Sequence record: MT939492.1
Direction: 5' to 3' (one strand)
Length of the DNA stretch: 64,000 bases
A program made the position numbers and the translations under genes. Below are positions 47,289 through 56,542 of the stretch, one piece after another (the first letter of the stretch is position 1; each line of letters begins with the position of its first letter). The notes below the pieces were generated by a model that was not told the DNA's origin, ran no database searches, and worked only from the letters and a program-made list of their open reading frames with translations.

Positions 47289-48491
47289 TTATACGGCCTG
47301 AGCCTCGGTGGTGATGACGATCGGCTTGGCCTTGCCCAGCTTGCGGGTCAGGGTCAGCGTCACCTTGATGAGCCCGCGATAGGTGGTGATGCTGGTTCCG
47401 TTCACGCTGCCAGTGGTGGCAGCCAGGCCCGGGAACATCACGCTGCTACCGTTGAGGGTGAGCGTCTTGGTGGTGGTCTTACCCGAACCGGTGTTGGCAA
47501 GCGTACCGATGCGCGCACCGCCGGCAGCGTTATTGATGACCAGACGGTTGGGCTGATCCGGGAAGTATGCAATCAGACCCTTGACAACCTTCTGGTTGGA
47601 GCCGTTCGGGTTGGCGGTGGTGACCCCAACCTCGATATCGTAACCTTCCAGGATATCCTGGAACTTGGTCTGCTCTGCCGTCAGGTTGAAGCCGAGCGCC
47701 ATCTGCCAGGGCCGCACGTACCCGAAGTTGCTGTGCGAGCCGGTACGGGTGGTGATCTCGTACTTGCCATCCGGACGCGGGTCGACGCCGACGCCGCCAG
47801 TGGTGTCCCAGTTACCGGTGGTGTTGAACAGACGCACGAAGCTGACAACCTCGCCGTTCTCGGCGGTGTTGAAGCCCTTGCGGTTGTCCTGAATGCCGGA
47901 GCTGATGAGACCACCACCCCACGCGGTATCGACGGTGCGATTGCGCGTTGCGATGATGTTGTTCAGCGACGGGGTGTTGGCGTTGGGGTAGTTGAAACCC
48001 TCCAGGTCCGACTTGGTCAGACGGTCGCTCAGCGGGGAGCGTACCAGGTCCAGCAGCAGGGGAACCTGACCGAGGTAACCCAGCGAGGTAGCCACGGCCT
48101 TCAGGCTGAACTCACCCGGGATGTTCTCGGCGGTGATCGCTGGGGAGATCTCCATCTCCAGGTGCGCCAGCTTCGTACCGTACTCGGCGTTGATGCGGGC
48201 GATGATGTCTTCCTTGGTAGCGCCCTTGGGAACGGACACTTCGATACCACCGTTGAAGTAACGCGCCAGTTCGCGCCGGTGGTAGTCCACCTTCACGCTC
48301 TTGTTCCACGGTGCGTCCGGGACAGCGATGACCTCGGTGCGCGTGTTGGCGTCGCTGCCTTCGATCGGCTCAGCCAGCGTGTTGGGCAGACCGAAGTCGA
48401 TCTGCTCGCGCTCGATGGTGCTTTCGTTGTCCGTGTTGATCAGATTCAGCAACAGAACGTCACTGGTCTGAGGCTGTTCGATTTCGCTCAT
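47289..48491 (-). CDS. Tail-tip/fibre paralog 7
   Basis: ATG48491 with RBS ggag; LLLNLINTDN..YHRREL..RSPLSDR..GFNYPNAN. Confidence 0.8.
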   Translation of the reverse strand: MSEIEQPQTSDVLLLNLINTDNESTIEREQIDFGLPNTLAEPIEGSDANTRTEVIAVPDAPWNKSVKVDYHRRELARYFNGGIEVSVPKGATKEDIIARINAEYGTKLAHLEMEISPAITAENIPGEFSLKAVATSLGYLGQVPLLLDLVRSPLSDRLTKSDLEGFNYPNANTPSLNNIIATRNRTVDTAWGGGLISSGIQDNRKGFNTAENGEVVSFVRLFNTTGNWDTTGGVGVDPRPDGKYEITTRTGSHSNFGYVRPWQMALGFNLTAEQTKFQDILEGYDIEVGVTTANPNGSNQKVVKGLIAYFPDQPNRLVINNAAGGARIGTLANTGSGKTTTKTLTLNGSSVMFPGLAATTGSVNGTSITTYRGLIKVTLTLTRKLGKAKPIVITTEAQAV

Positions 48492-48539
48492 TTGAACGTC
48501 TCCATTGAAAGGTTGGCGGATGTCTAGTATCCCTCCTAG

Positions 48540-48585
48540 GACATAGGATTGGTCTTTATAAAACGACGCCACCCAATCTTATGGC
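48540..48585. promoter_or_regulatory. Divergent promoter region, possibly late
   Basis: AT-rich gap between divergent structural operons, with TATG on each strand (48542-45 minus, 48580-83 plus); a 4-mer is weak evidence. Confidence 0.3.
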
Positions 48586-48642
48586 TACCCCGAAAACATC
48601 AGCGCATCTGGTGCTTTCATTTCCCTTTAACGGAGTCTTTGC

Positions 48643-49725
48643 ATGCACAGCCAGCCTCCCTTCCCGCGCGGTGGACATCCGTCCCCCGGGAACTTCTCGG
48701 ATCAAGACAGTTGGAGTCCGGCCCCGCCGATTCATGGACGTCGGCCGCCTGCACCTGGTCCCCACGATCACCACGACCACGGTCATTCGCACCCGCGTCC
48801 TGATCCCCGGCATTACGAGCATTTCCCGCACCAGCATCGCCAGCCTGAAGCATGGCAGTGCGCTGAGCCGATCTACCCGTACAACAAGCCGGGTAAGCAC
48901 GTACTGGTCGATCTGATCAACCGTGCCAACGAGACCGACTTCGCGCCCGATCAGCTGGAGATCAGCGCGCCTGCTGCATTGGGCAATACGCTGACGCAGG
49001 TGCACATCACCCCGACCCACAAGACCGGGTGGTGCAGCAGCGAGACCTTCACTTATCATCGCATGATAATGGAGGCGTATCTGGGCAAGACCCACATCCA
49101 CTTGCATGTGGACGCCCGGATGACCAAGGAGAGTGTCGCCCAAGCCATGCGTGATCGCTACCGCATCTGGCTGGACATGGAAGACTTCGACGTGGACTTC
49201 TCCAACTGCCCGCCGAGCTGGCTGCAGCGTGGGCATTTCCTGGCTCGCCTTCGCTTCCGTCCGAACTGCCTGATCTGGATCGGCGCGATGGAAGTGATCC
49301 TGATCCCGGACAATCGCCTCAGTGCGATGATCTGCGTGACTGATCTCTCCGGCTTCATCTATCCAGACCATCTGGGTGGTCAGGGTCGCAAGCAGCTGGC
49401 CGAATCGTACTACCAGGATCTGGAAGGCACCATCATTTACCAGAACCTGCTGAAGTACCGTGTCGGCGAACCGGTGCGTACTCACGACGGCAAATGGCGT
49501 GACGGTACTCGCCTGACTGGCGACTTCTGGATCTCCTCTCCGCAGGAAGTCGAGTTCAACGTATCCGGTGCTCGCATCGTCTACAACGGTCGCAACGAAG
49601 GCCCGTGGCACTGCGGCTGCAACGACTACAGTCATGTGCTGGTGATCGAGCTGAGCCACCTGTGCAAGAACCTGCGCGGCAAGCTGGTCATCCCCTACGA
49701 CGTGCGGCGCGAACAGCCCTACTGA
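48643..49725 (+). CDS. Virion structural protein with an anchor module and a His/Pro-rich N-terminus
   Basis: KPGKHVLVDLINRAN..YHR..LSGFIYP; N-terminus PHDHHDHGHSHP. Confidence 0.75.
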   Translation: MHSQPPFPRGGHPSPGNFSDQDSWSPAPPIHGRRPPAPGPHDHHDHGHSHPRPDPRHYEHFPHQHRQPEAWQCAEPIYPYNKPGKHVLVDLINRANETDFAPDQLEISAPAALGNTLTQVHITPTHKTGWCSSETFTYHRMIMEAYLGKTHIHLHVDARMTKESVAQAMRDRYRIWLDMEDFDVDFSNCPPSWLQRGHFLARLRFRPNCLIWIGAMEVILIPDNRLSAMICVTDLSGFIYPDHLGGQGRKQLAESYYQDLEGTIIYQNLLKYRVGEPVRTHDGKWRDGTRLTGDFWISSPQEVEFNVSGARIVYNGRNEGPWHCGCNDYSHVLVIELSHLCKNLRGKLVIPYDVRREQPY

Positions 49726-49801
49726 TCGACGTGTAGAGAATTACCTCCAGCACGCTATCGTATAGCGCGTCTTACGTCAAAACGAACAAAGGTATTCCCA
49801 C

Positions 49802-50662
49802 GTGAAAATCATTACCCGTACTGGCTACGGCTGCCTGCGTCAGACCGAGCTGCTGATCGGCAAGCCCTACAAGGCACTGCCCAACAGCACGCTCAACGAG
49901 AAGTTCGAAGTCCAGGCCAACGTCCTGCCCGAAGCTGGCAAGATCCCGTACCTGGGCTTCTACTGCATCGGCCAGGGTGGTCACCGCAACGAGACCGGTG
50001 CCGACGGCTTCCCGCTGACCAGCCCGATCGACCATCGTCCCACCGACGGCGGCCTGTTCCGCTACCTGCCGTTCGTGCTGCGTGAGCTGACCAACGACCT
50101 GGACAGCGCCGCTCGTTCGCGCTATGCCATGCGCAAGATCATCCAGGTGGATGGCCGCAACTATGTGGCCTACTACCTGAAGAAGATCCCGATGGACTCG
50201 GTGTCCCCGGACATCTACTACAACCGCGTGGTGGATGGTCAGGTCACCACGACGCCGTTCCGTCCGGACAACAGCAACCTCAATCCGACCCCGCCGGAAA
50301 TCCCGAACACCGGTACTGTCACCACCTCCGGTGACTACCTGTCCGTTTCGGCGATCCTGCCGCTGGACTTCACCGCCAATGACGTGGCCGAGCTGGTCAA
50401 CGCCATCCGCATCCTGTTCAAGGACGAGCGCTACGCGGTGATCTCCGAGATCGGCATGGTGACTGCTGCCATCAAGCTGGTCACCGGCCCGGGCCCGGGC
50501 AACACCACGATCCAGTACGAAGAAGCTGTGGCTGCACAGATCGCCGCCCACATGACCGGTCACTACCCGGTCGGTTTCACCAACATGGGCTTCAACCTGA
50601 AGGTGAACCTGGGCGCGACCGAGCCGATGTTCAAGCCGTCGGCCGTTACCACCGGCAACTGA
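49802..50662 (+). CDS. Conserved virion (baseplate wedge-like) protein
   Basis: GTG start; NSTLNEKF, IG.GGH, YLPFVLR, VAYYLKK and ISEIGMV are typical of this phiKZ-like structural family. Confidence 0.6.
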   Translation: MKIITRTGYGCLRQTELLIGKPYKALPNSTLNEKFEVQANVLPEAGKIPYLGFYCIGQGGHRNETGADGFPLTSPIDHRPTDGGLFRYLPFVLRELTNDLDSAARSRYAMRKIIQVDGRNYVAYYLKKIPMDSVSPDIYYNRVVDGQVTTTPFRPDNSNLNPTPPEIPNTGTVTTSGDYLSVSAILPLDFTANDVAELVNAIRILFKDERYAVISEIGMVTAAIKLVTGPGPGNTTIQYEEAVAAQIAAHMTGHYPVGFTNMGFNLKVNLGATEPMFKPSAVTTGN

Positions 50663-50678
50663 TCCAGCGAGGTACGTT

Positions 50679-51299
50679 ATGCTGGTGATGCCGGATCGAG
50701 GGAGAGAATACCGGGTGCTCGGAGTCGACCCCGGTGGTTTCTGTCTGGGTACAGCAGTCTTGGAGATCAACTTTGAGACCTCTTCCGTTGAGGTCATCCA
50801 TGCTGATACTGTCCATGCCAGCAATGCCGATGTCCGATACCCCGTGTTGCAGGAAGTGCACGGGGGTCGGGTTCCTCGACATCGAATGCTGGAGGACGAG
50901 ATTGCTTGCCTCCTGCGCACATTCGAACCCAACTCGGTGATTTCCGAATCGCCATTTATGCGCAAGTTTGCCAAGGTCTTCCATGCGCTGATCGAATGTG
51001 TTTACCTTCTCCGTTTCGCACTGCGGCAGTTCGATGAAAACATCAAGCTGTTGGCAGTGGATCCTCCATCGGTGAAGATGGCTGTGGGCGGAACTGGTAA
51101 GAGCGATAAGGACGCAATGAAGCGTCTGGTTTGCAAAGTACCTAATCTTACCTTTGCCGAAAGCGTCGATTACGATTCTCTGGACGAACACTCCGTGGAC
51201 GCAATCGCCATCGCCTACTGTCATTGCGCATACCTGCTTGGTTGCGCTAGAGAGGTTAAACCCAATGAAAATGCGCGACGCCGTAAAGGTCGTCGGTGA
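50679..51299 (+). CDS. ruvC: RuvC-like Holliday junction resolvase
   Basis: VLGVDPG, ISESPF, VKMAVGGTGKSDK and DEHSVDAIAIAY (all four acidic catalytic motifs). Confidence 0.9.
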   Translation: MLVMPDRGREYRVLGVDPGGFCLGTAVLEINFETSSVEVIHADTVHASNADVRYPVLQEVHGGRVPRHRMLEDEIACLLRTFEPNSVISESPFMRKFAKVFHALIECVYLLRFALRQFDENIKLLAVDPPSVKMAVGGTGKSDKDAMKRLVCKVPNLTFAESVDYDSLDEHSVDAIAIAYCHCAYLLGCAREVKPNENARRRKGRR

Positions 51300-51741
51300 A
51301 CTGACCCTGGCGGACTTCCCCTGGGGCCAGCGCATTGTCGACTACACCAACGATTTCCTGGAGGAGGCCGAGGTTTCCTTGGCCACCACGGGCGTTGAGC
51401 TGTTGGCTGAGATCAGCAAGCTGCCTGTGGAAAAGCAGGAAACGCTGCTGGCTCTGTCGTTGAAGATTCGCAAGCCGGAAGCCAAGCCGGTCAAGAAGGC
51501 GAAGAAGAAACACGCCGGACTGATCGAGTCGCTGGTGAAGAATCCGCGCTTGCTGATGTTGATGCTGGTCCTCACCGCATCTGTCGTCATCGCTTTCCTG
51601 GTCATCTTGGCCGTCAACGCCGCTGCCGTGAAGAATGGTGGCGCCCCTGATCAAGGACTGATCGACGCGGTGTTTAAGTTCCTGATTGAACTTGTCAAGG
51701 CATTCACGGGCGCCGGAGCAAATCCCACCCCCGCGATGTAG
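51265..51741 (+). CDS. Membrane protein (one TM helix plus an amphipathic helix)
   Basis: ATG51265 with RBS gagg; LLMLMLVLTASVVIAFLVILAV. Confidence 0.7.
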   Translation: MKMRDAVKVVGELTLADFPWGQRIVDYTNDFLEEAEVSLATTGVELLAEISKLPVEKQETLLALSLKIRKPEAKPVKKAKKKHAGLIESLVKNPRLLMLMLVLTASVVIAFLVILAVNAAAVKNGGAPDQGLIDAVFKFLIELVKAFTGAGANPTPAM

Positions 51742-51774
51742 CGCACCTTAGTCTAGCTGCGCGATAAAGATTCA

Positions 51775-51814
51775 GGTCATATCGCCCCTCCCCGAAGGGA
51801 GGGGCTTTATGCCG
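51775..51814. terminator. Bidirectional CATA...TATGCC hairpin
   Basis: ggtcatatc-gcccctccc-cgaa-gggaggggc-tttatgccg. Confidence 0.7.
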
Positions 51815-51819
51815 TTCTG

Positions 51820-52500
51820 TTAACGCTTGAGGTTGAACTCGATCTTCAGCCGACCCTCGGCCAGGTAAGGCATGAAGTCCTTCAGGGTAGACAGGGACAA
51901 CAGGCCGAACTTAGCTGGGTAACCTGCGGCAGTTGCAGGAGCTTCTCTGATCGCATTCGCTTCCAAATCAAAGCTAGCTACCTGAGCTGCGCCGTTACTG
52001 GGGTAGAAGGTAATGGTGAGATCGCTAACGCCCCAATTGATCGTGGTGCTGCCATCGGCATTGACAGTGCGGTCGTTCAGGAACAACACGAAGCTGTCGT
52101 AGGTGTTTTCCGGGCCGCTACCCGTGGAAGTCGCGATGCGCCCGATGGTTGCCGACATGACCTTGCTGACGCTGGTCGTGATCAGGTAGCCCAGCGGACC
52201 ATCGTTTCTCACGTTCCCTGCGTAGCGGCGGGCAGCGTGATAGCCTACTCGCGGAGTGCCACCCTGGCCGATGCTGTCGCTGGCAACGTAAGCCTCGAAT
52301 GTCAGCTTGGTGTACGGAGGACCACTCGGATCATTGTCGAACACCTCGACCATGGCGCCGTTGATCTTCTGCCAGCCCTTCACGATGGGCTTTGTGCGAC
52401 CTACCCACTGACCGTCCTCGTAGGTCTGGGTGATGATGGACGGAGCTACCGTTTTCATCTCCCCACCCACGTTCACAAGGAAGTCACGCTTCCTCGCCAT
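51820..52500 (-). CDS. Hypothetical tail-associated protein
   Basis: ATG52500 with RBS ggagg; beta-rich. Confidence 0.65.
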   Translation of the reverse strand: MARKRDFLVNVGGEMKTVAPSIITQTYEDGQWVGRTKPIVKGWQKINGAMVEVFDNDPSGPPYTKLTFEAYVASDSIGQGGTPRVGYHAARRYAGNVRNDGPLGYLITTSVSKVMSATIGRIATSTGSGPENTYDSFVLFLNDRTVNADGSTTINWGVSDLTITFYPSNGAAQVASFDLEANAIREAPATAAGYPAKFGLLSLSTLKDFMPYLAEGRLKIEFNLKR

Positions 52501-53182
52501 GGTCGACCTCCTTACCTTCGCACTGCGCAATGAAGCCGTTGGTGCGGAAGTGGTCAGAGGCGGCCGTCATCAGGTCACCGCCCACGGCGTAGGAATGATC
52601 GAACTCCAGCACGCCGTTCTTGTCGGTGTCCCATTCGCCGGTGATCGAATAGCCATCCGGGCAGTAGGCAATGCCCTCGTAGCTGACCTTGTCGTAGACC
52701 AGCTCCAGGTTCTTGTTACCCGGAGCCTCCCAGATCGCCTTGTGGGTGACCGCACGCACACCAACCTTCACGTCGTCCTTGACGGAGGTGACGATACGTG
52801 CCTTGTGACCATTGACCCGACGAACCATTTCAGCAGCCGATACCATCGAGCGCTTCCCCGGAACGACCACGTTCAGGAAATCGGCGATGGCGATCTTCTC
52901 CAGCTGCTCGATGGTGTAGTCGCCGTCCTTGATGAGCACGCCGAACTTCTGGCCGTTCAGGTAAGGAGTGGCGTTGGCGTATTCGTGGTCCTTCTCCGGC
53001 TGGTTCTTCCAGAGCACCAGTGTGTAGACCAGCGCACGGAAGTTGACAGGCTGGGGAGCGCTGTGCAGTTCCAGCTTGTTGATGCGCATGATCGCCCGGT
53101 AGATCGTGGATCCACCCACCGGGAGATTGTTGACCACGAACATGCCGCGATTGGTGTCGATGATGCCTTCTTCTTCGGCCAT
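52484..53182 (-). CDS. Hypothetical protein
   Basis: RBS ggag; in the tail operon. Confidence 0.7.
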   Translation of the reverse strand: MAEEEGIIDTNRGMFVVNNLPVGGSTIYRAIMRINKLELHSAPQPVNFRALVYTLVLWKNQPEKDHEYANATPYLNGQKFGVLIKDGDYTIEQLEKIAIADFLNVVVPGKRSMVSAAEMVRRVNGHKARIVTSVKDDVKVGVRAVTHKAIWEAPGNKNLELVYDKVSYEGIAYCPDGYSITGEWDTDKNGVLEFDHSYAVGGDLMTAASDHFRTNGFIAQCEGKEVDHGEEA

Positions 53183-53185
53183 GAC

Positions 53186-53602
53186 TTACGCTCCCGTCTG
53201 GAACCAGACCGCGCCATCGGGGAGATTGTTGATCTCCGCCTGCGTCGGGGCATGGTCGGCTACTACGAACATGGAGATCTGCTCGGAGGTCGGCCGGGAA
53301 CCGATACCCTGCTGGATGGCCACATTCATCGCCTGCGTGGTCGGACGTGCAGCCAGCCCTTCGCTCAGCGCCTGCTTGGTCGCCAGATCCTTGGTCGCAT
53401 CCGTCACCGACTGCTTGGTCGCCAGATCCTTCGTGGCATTCGTCAGGGCCGTGTTCATGGCCTGGGTAGTCGGGCGGGCATTGATGCCTTCGTTGTAGAC
53501 CTGGGTGGTGACAAAGCCTTTCAGCTTGTCCGTCACCTTGACCACGAAGTCCTCGATCGACTTCTTCAGTGCCGCGATGAGGGCGGGGGTGGAATCGCTC
53601 AT
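53186..53602 (-). CDS. Short fibre-like protein with internal repeats
   Basis: ATKDLATKQ twice and RPTTQAMN twice; C-terminus LPDGAVWFQ. Confidence 0.7.
   Translation of the reverse strand: MSDSTPALIAALKKSIEDFVVKVTDKLKGFVTTQVYNEGINARPTTQAMNTALTNATKDLATKQSVTDATKDLATKQALSEGLAARPTTQAMNVAIQQGIGSRPTSEQISMFVVADHAPTQAEINNLPDGAVWFQTGA
53372..53431. repeat. 21-bp direct repeat at 39-bp spacing
   Basis: ctgcttggtcgccagatcctt at 53372 and 53411. Confidence 0.85.
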
Positions 53603-53611
53603 GGTTACCTC

Positions 53612-56527
53612 TTATTTCCAGATCAGGGAGCCGGGCCTGCTGGGCAGACCGCCGCTAACGGGGATGGATTGACCGGCAGGCACCGTGGACAGGCGCCCAC
53701 CGCCAATACCGACTACCTTACCAATCGACATGCGTTCCACCGCCGAAGCGTTGGTCACAATCGAGCCCAGATACATGCGCTGCATGCTGTCGGGGTATTT
53801 GGTTTCGGTAACCTGGTAGGACGGACTGGGGACAGTCACGGCGTAGACGTAGAACGTGGTGTTGGCTGGGTTGGCTTTGATGTCAGCCAGATTGATGGTT
53901 GCAGGCTGGAGTTCATAATAACGTCCGCCCAGCACCAACGGCTCTGCCTGATTGAACGCCACCGTCCATGCCGATGCCATCTGAGCGCTCGCCAGAACGC
54001 GCCAGTTGGCACGGTCAGTGTCGAAGCTCCAGTTCTTCATGTGCTCAGCCGTGGTCGCCGCAGGAGCAATCAGGGCCTTGGTCACGAAGTCGGCATCGGT
54101 GTTGGTATCGATCATCTCACACAGGCCCATGCCAGCGATGGCCACTACGCCGCGCAGGTTGGGTGCCGAATTGGACCGACGAATCACGGTGTAGGTTCCA
54201 TCCACTACCTTGCCCGTGGAACGACTCATCGCAAATCGCGAGTCAAACATAGCCGCTGCACCTGAGGTGTCGTGGCTATTTACCATACGCAAACCGATCA
54301 GGTACGCATCTGCTGTCTGATAGGCCTGGAAGTACGCTGAGCGCGTGGAGATGGACTGGGGTCCGATGGTGTACGTACTGGGGCCGCCGGACATGCGCAC
54401 ACTGCCGATCGGATCTTTCAGCGTCGGAGTGATCGCACCAGAACGCCCAGAGTTCAACGTCCATGCCCATGTCCACGTCGAACCATCGTCGAATACCACA
54501 GGAACATTGAGGATGGGCGGCAGGTCGGCCATTTCGGTGGTGATGATCTCCAGCGCCATCGATCGCACGACATTGGGCGCCATTGCCGCCACCACCGCCG
54601 CTCTCAGGTTCTCCAGAGCTGCGGTGGTGATGCTGATGGGTACAGAGGCCGTCCCATTGGCCGCCAGACGCATCATACCGCTCATCCGGATGCCATCGCC
54701 TAGTACGCCAAGGCTCGTGGTCACAGTGCCGTCAGTGGCCACTACGGAGGCAGGATAGGTGGTGTCCTGATAATGCCCTGGGGTGTCGGACACGAACTGA
54801 CGCCGCGTACTCGGTGACCAGCCGGTGTAACTGCCGTTGTAGAGCGACTTGTAGGTGAACCCAGGCGTACCGATGGAGAACAGAGCGTGTGCTGCAGTGC
54901 TCTGGCCATCGTTGCGTCGACCGAAGCTGTGGACCAGCCAACCGGAAGGGATCGGGACCGGCGAACTGTTGAACTGACCCAGTGCCGAAGGCGCAGGCGG
55001 GTAGGAGTTGTCCGTAGTCACCCACGGGGATCGCAGGCAGGTCATCGGCAGGTAACCATTGACCTTCGGACTGTTCGGCCCAGCTGACGCCTTACCCCGG
55101 TTGAAGCGATTGGGGCTGAACTGGTAGTAACCGTCCGTGAAGACGTAAACCGTACCATCTTCTCCCACAGTGACCGAAGCCTGCTGATCACTATCGCCGA
55201 AACCGTAGTACTCACTACCGGTCAGCGTGTAGGAAGGTCCAGCAACAGTGGCCGTGTTCGCGGAGTCGCTCACGATCAGACGCACCGGAGGATTGTCCGG
55301 CAGTGAGCCTGCACCAGTCTTCACTTCGAAGTAGGACGACGTCGGGGTCAACGTGATCTCGTACTCGAAGTTGAACCGATGGGTCAGGTAGCCGGAGAAC
55401 CCGCTGATGCTGGTCCGTCGACCGCCACGGAAGCTACCCTTCACCTTACCCGAAGCCGGGTCGTAGATGGAGAAGATACCGGGGCGATGATTGACCGACA
55501 CGAACGGACGCTGCGTGTCACGCGAACCGGGTGCATGGATGAACGGCTTGTCCGTCATCAGACGCGACACCACGCACTCGGCCAGACGATGGATGTTGGC
55601 CGGGGTTCCGGCACGGGGCGTTTCCCCGTACAGATCCTTGGTCGTGCAGTTGGTGATCCGGATGGGTTCGACCAGTGCTTGGTTGGCAGCCGAGAACGCC
55701 GAGATAGGGAAGAAGTGCACAGCCATGTCGAACTTCTGTGTGGAGGTGTCACGCATGTCAGACATGGTCAGCACGTAGACGCCATCCGGAGTCAGGATAC
55801 ACTCACCGCGATGCAGGTAGTCGGCGAACCATTCGGAACTGATCAGGATGCCGCGATGATTGGAGCCGAAGATGGAGCCGTCCATCAGCGAGATGAAGGT
55901 TTCACCGAACTCACCGGTGTCCAGGTTCTGCACCTTGCCGGCGATCACACCAGCGCCGCCTTGGAACACGTACGCACTGGTCTTGCCAGCGGGGAAGTAC
56001 GGAGCCTTGTAGCGATTGTTGGTGTAGATCATCGTCGGCTTAGCCGCAACAGCCGCATCCTCGGAATAGCACAGGAAGGCGCCAGTGCGGCCGCCGTCTG
56101 TACCATTGCGAATCAGCGCCACAGAACCGTCCGGCTCCACGTTCATGACCGACCACCGCATCTCCTGATAACGGAACGCTGCCTCGAACGCGCCGGAGGT
56201 ATCTACCGGGTATTCGTTCTGACGACCGAAGGAGATCACCGGACAGGCGTCTGCCGGCAACGTGGTTTCCAGTGCAGAGATGGCGGTGGGCTTGTCGTAG
56301 GTATTGAGCTGCGCAGCGGTGACGCCGTGCGGATTGTCCCTACGACTTGCGTGGGCGGTGAGACGACCGATGATCTCCCAGAACCAGTCGGAGTACACCT
56401 TACCTCCGAGCAGGGTCGTGTTGTCCGAGGTCGTTGCCGACCCCGGTTTCTCCTTGGAGCGTGCGATAGCCTTGGCGAGGAAGGCGTCCAACTTTGCCTT
56501 CATCGCGGGCAAGCCCTTAATGCTCAT
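53612..56527 (-). CDS. Large tail fibre/baseplate protein (paralog of 56543..59479)
   Basis: HASRRDNPHGVTAAQ, RNGTDGG and C-terminal PANTTFYVY..IPVSGGLP. Confidence 0.75.
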   Translation of the reverse strand: MSIKGLPAMKAKLDAFLAKAIARSKEKPGSATTSDNTTLLGGKVYSDWFWEIIGRLTAHASRRDNPHGVTAAQLNTYDKPTAISALETTLPADACPVISFGRQNEYPVDTSGAFEAAFRYQEMRWSVMNVEPDGSVALIRNGTDGGRTGAFLCYSEDAAVAAKPTMIYTNNRYKAPYFPAGKTSAYVFQGGAGVIAGKVQNLDTGEFGETFISLMDGSIFGSNHRGILISSEWFADYLHRGECILTPDGVYVLTMSDMRDTSTQKFDMAVHFFPISAFSAANQALVEPIRITNCTTKDLYGETPRAGTPANIHRLAECVVSRLMTDKPFIHAPGSRDTQRPFVSVNHRPGIFSIYDPASGKVKGSFRGGRRTSISGFSGYLTHRFNFEYEITLTPTSSYFEVKTGAGSLPDNPPVRLIVSDSANTATVAGPSYTLTGSEYYGFGDSDQQASVTVGEDGTVYVFTDGYYQFSPNRFNRGKASAGPNSPKVNGYLPMTCLRSPWVTTDNSYPPAPSALGQFNSSPVPIPSGWLVHSFGRRNDGQSTAAHALFSIGTPGFTYKSLYNGSYTGWSPSTRRQFVSDTPGHYQDTTYPASVVATDGTVTTSLGVLGDGIRMSGMMRLAANGTASVPISITTAALENLRAAVVAAMAPNVVRSMALEIITTEMADLPPILNVPVVFDDGSTWTWAWTLNSGRSGAITPTLKDPIGSVRMSGGPSTYTIGPQSISTRSAYFQAYQTADAYLIGLRMVNSHDTSGAAAMFDSRFAMSRSTGKVVDGTYTVIRRSNSAPNLRGVVAIAGMGLCEMIDTNTDADFVTKALIAPAATTAEHMKNWSFDTDRANWRVLASAQMASAWTVAFNQAEPLVLGGRYYELQPATINLADIKANPANTTFYVYAVTVPSPSYQVTETKYPDSMQRMYLGSIVTNASAVERMSIGKVVGIGGGRLSTVPAGQSIPVSGGLPSRPGSLIWK

Positions 56528-56542
56528 CTTTCACCCTTTCTG

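Noticed and set aside
39450-48491. Diversity-generating retroelement or invertible shufflon
   Set aside because: No reverse transcriptase, no near-identical TR/VR pair with A-specific mismatches, no recombinase or inverted crossover sites seen in this window
4733-51814. CRISPR array made of the repeated hairpins
   Set aside because: Copies are dispersed at gene ends, differ in sequence and have no regular spacers
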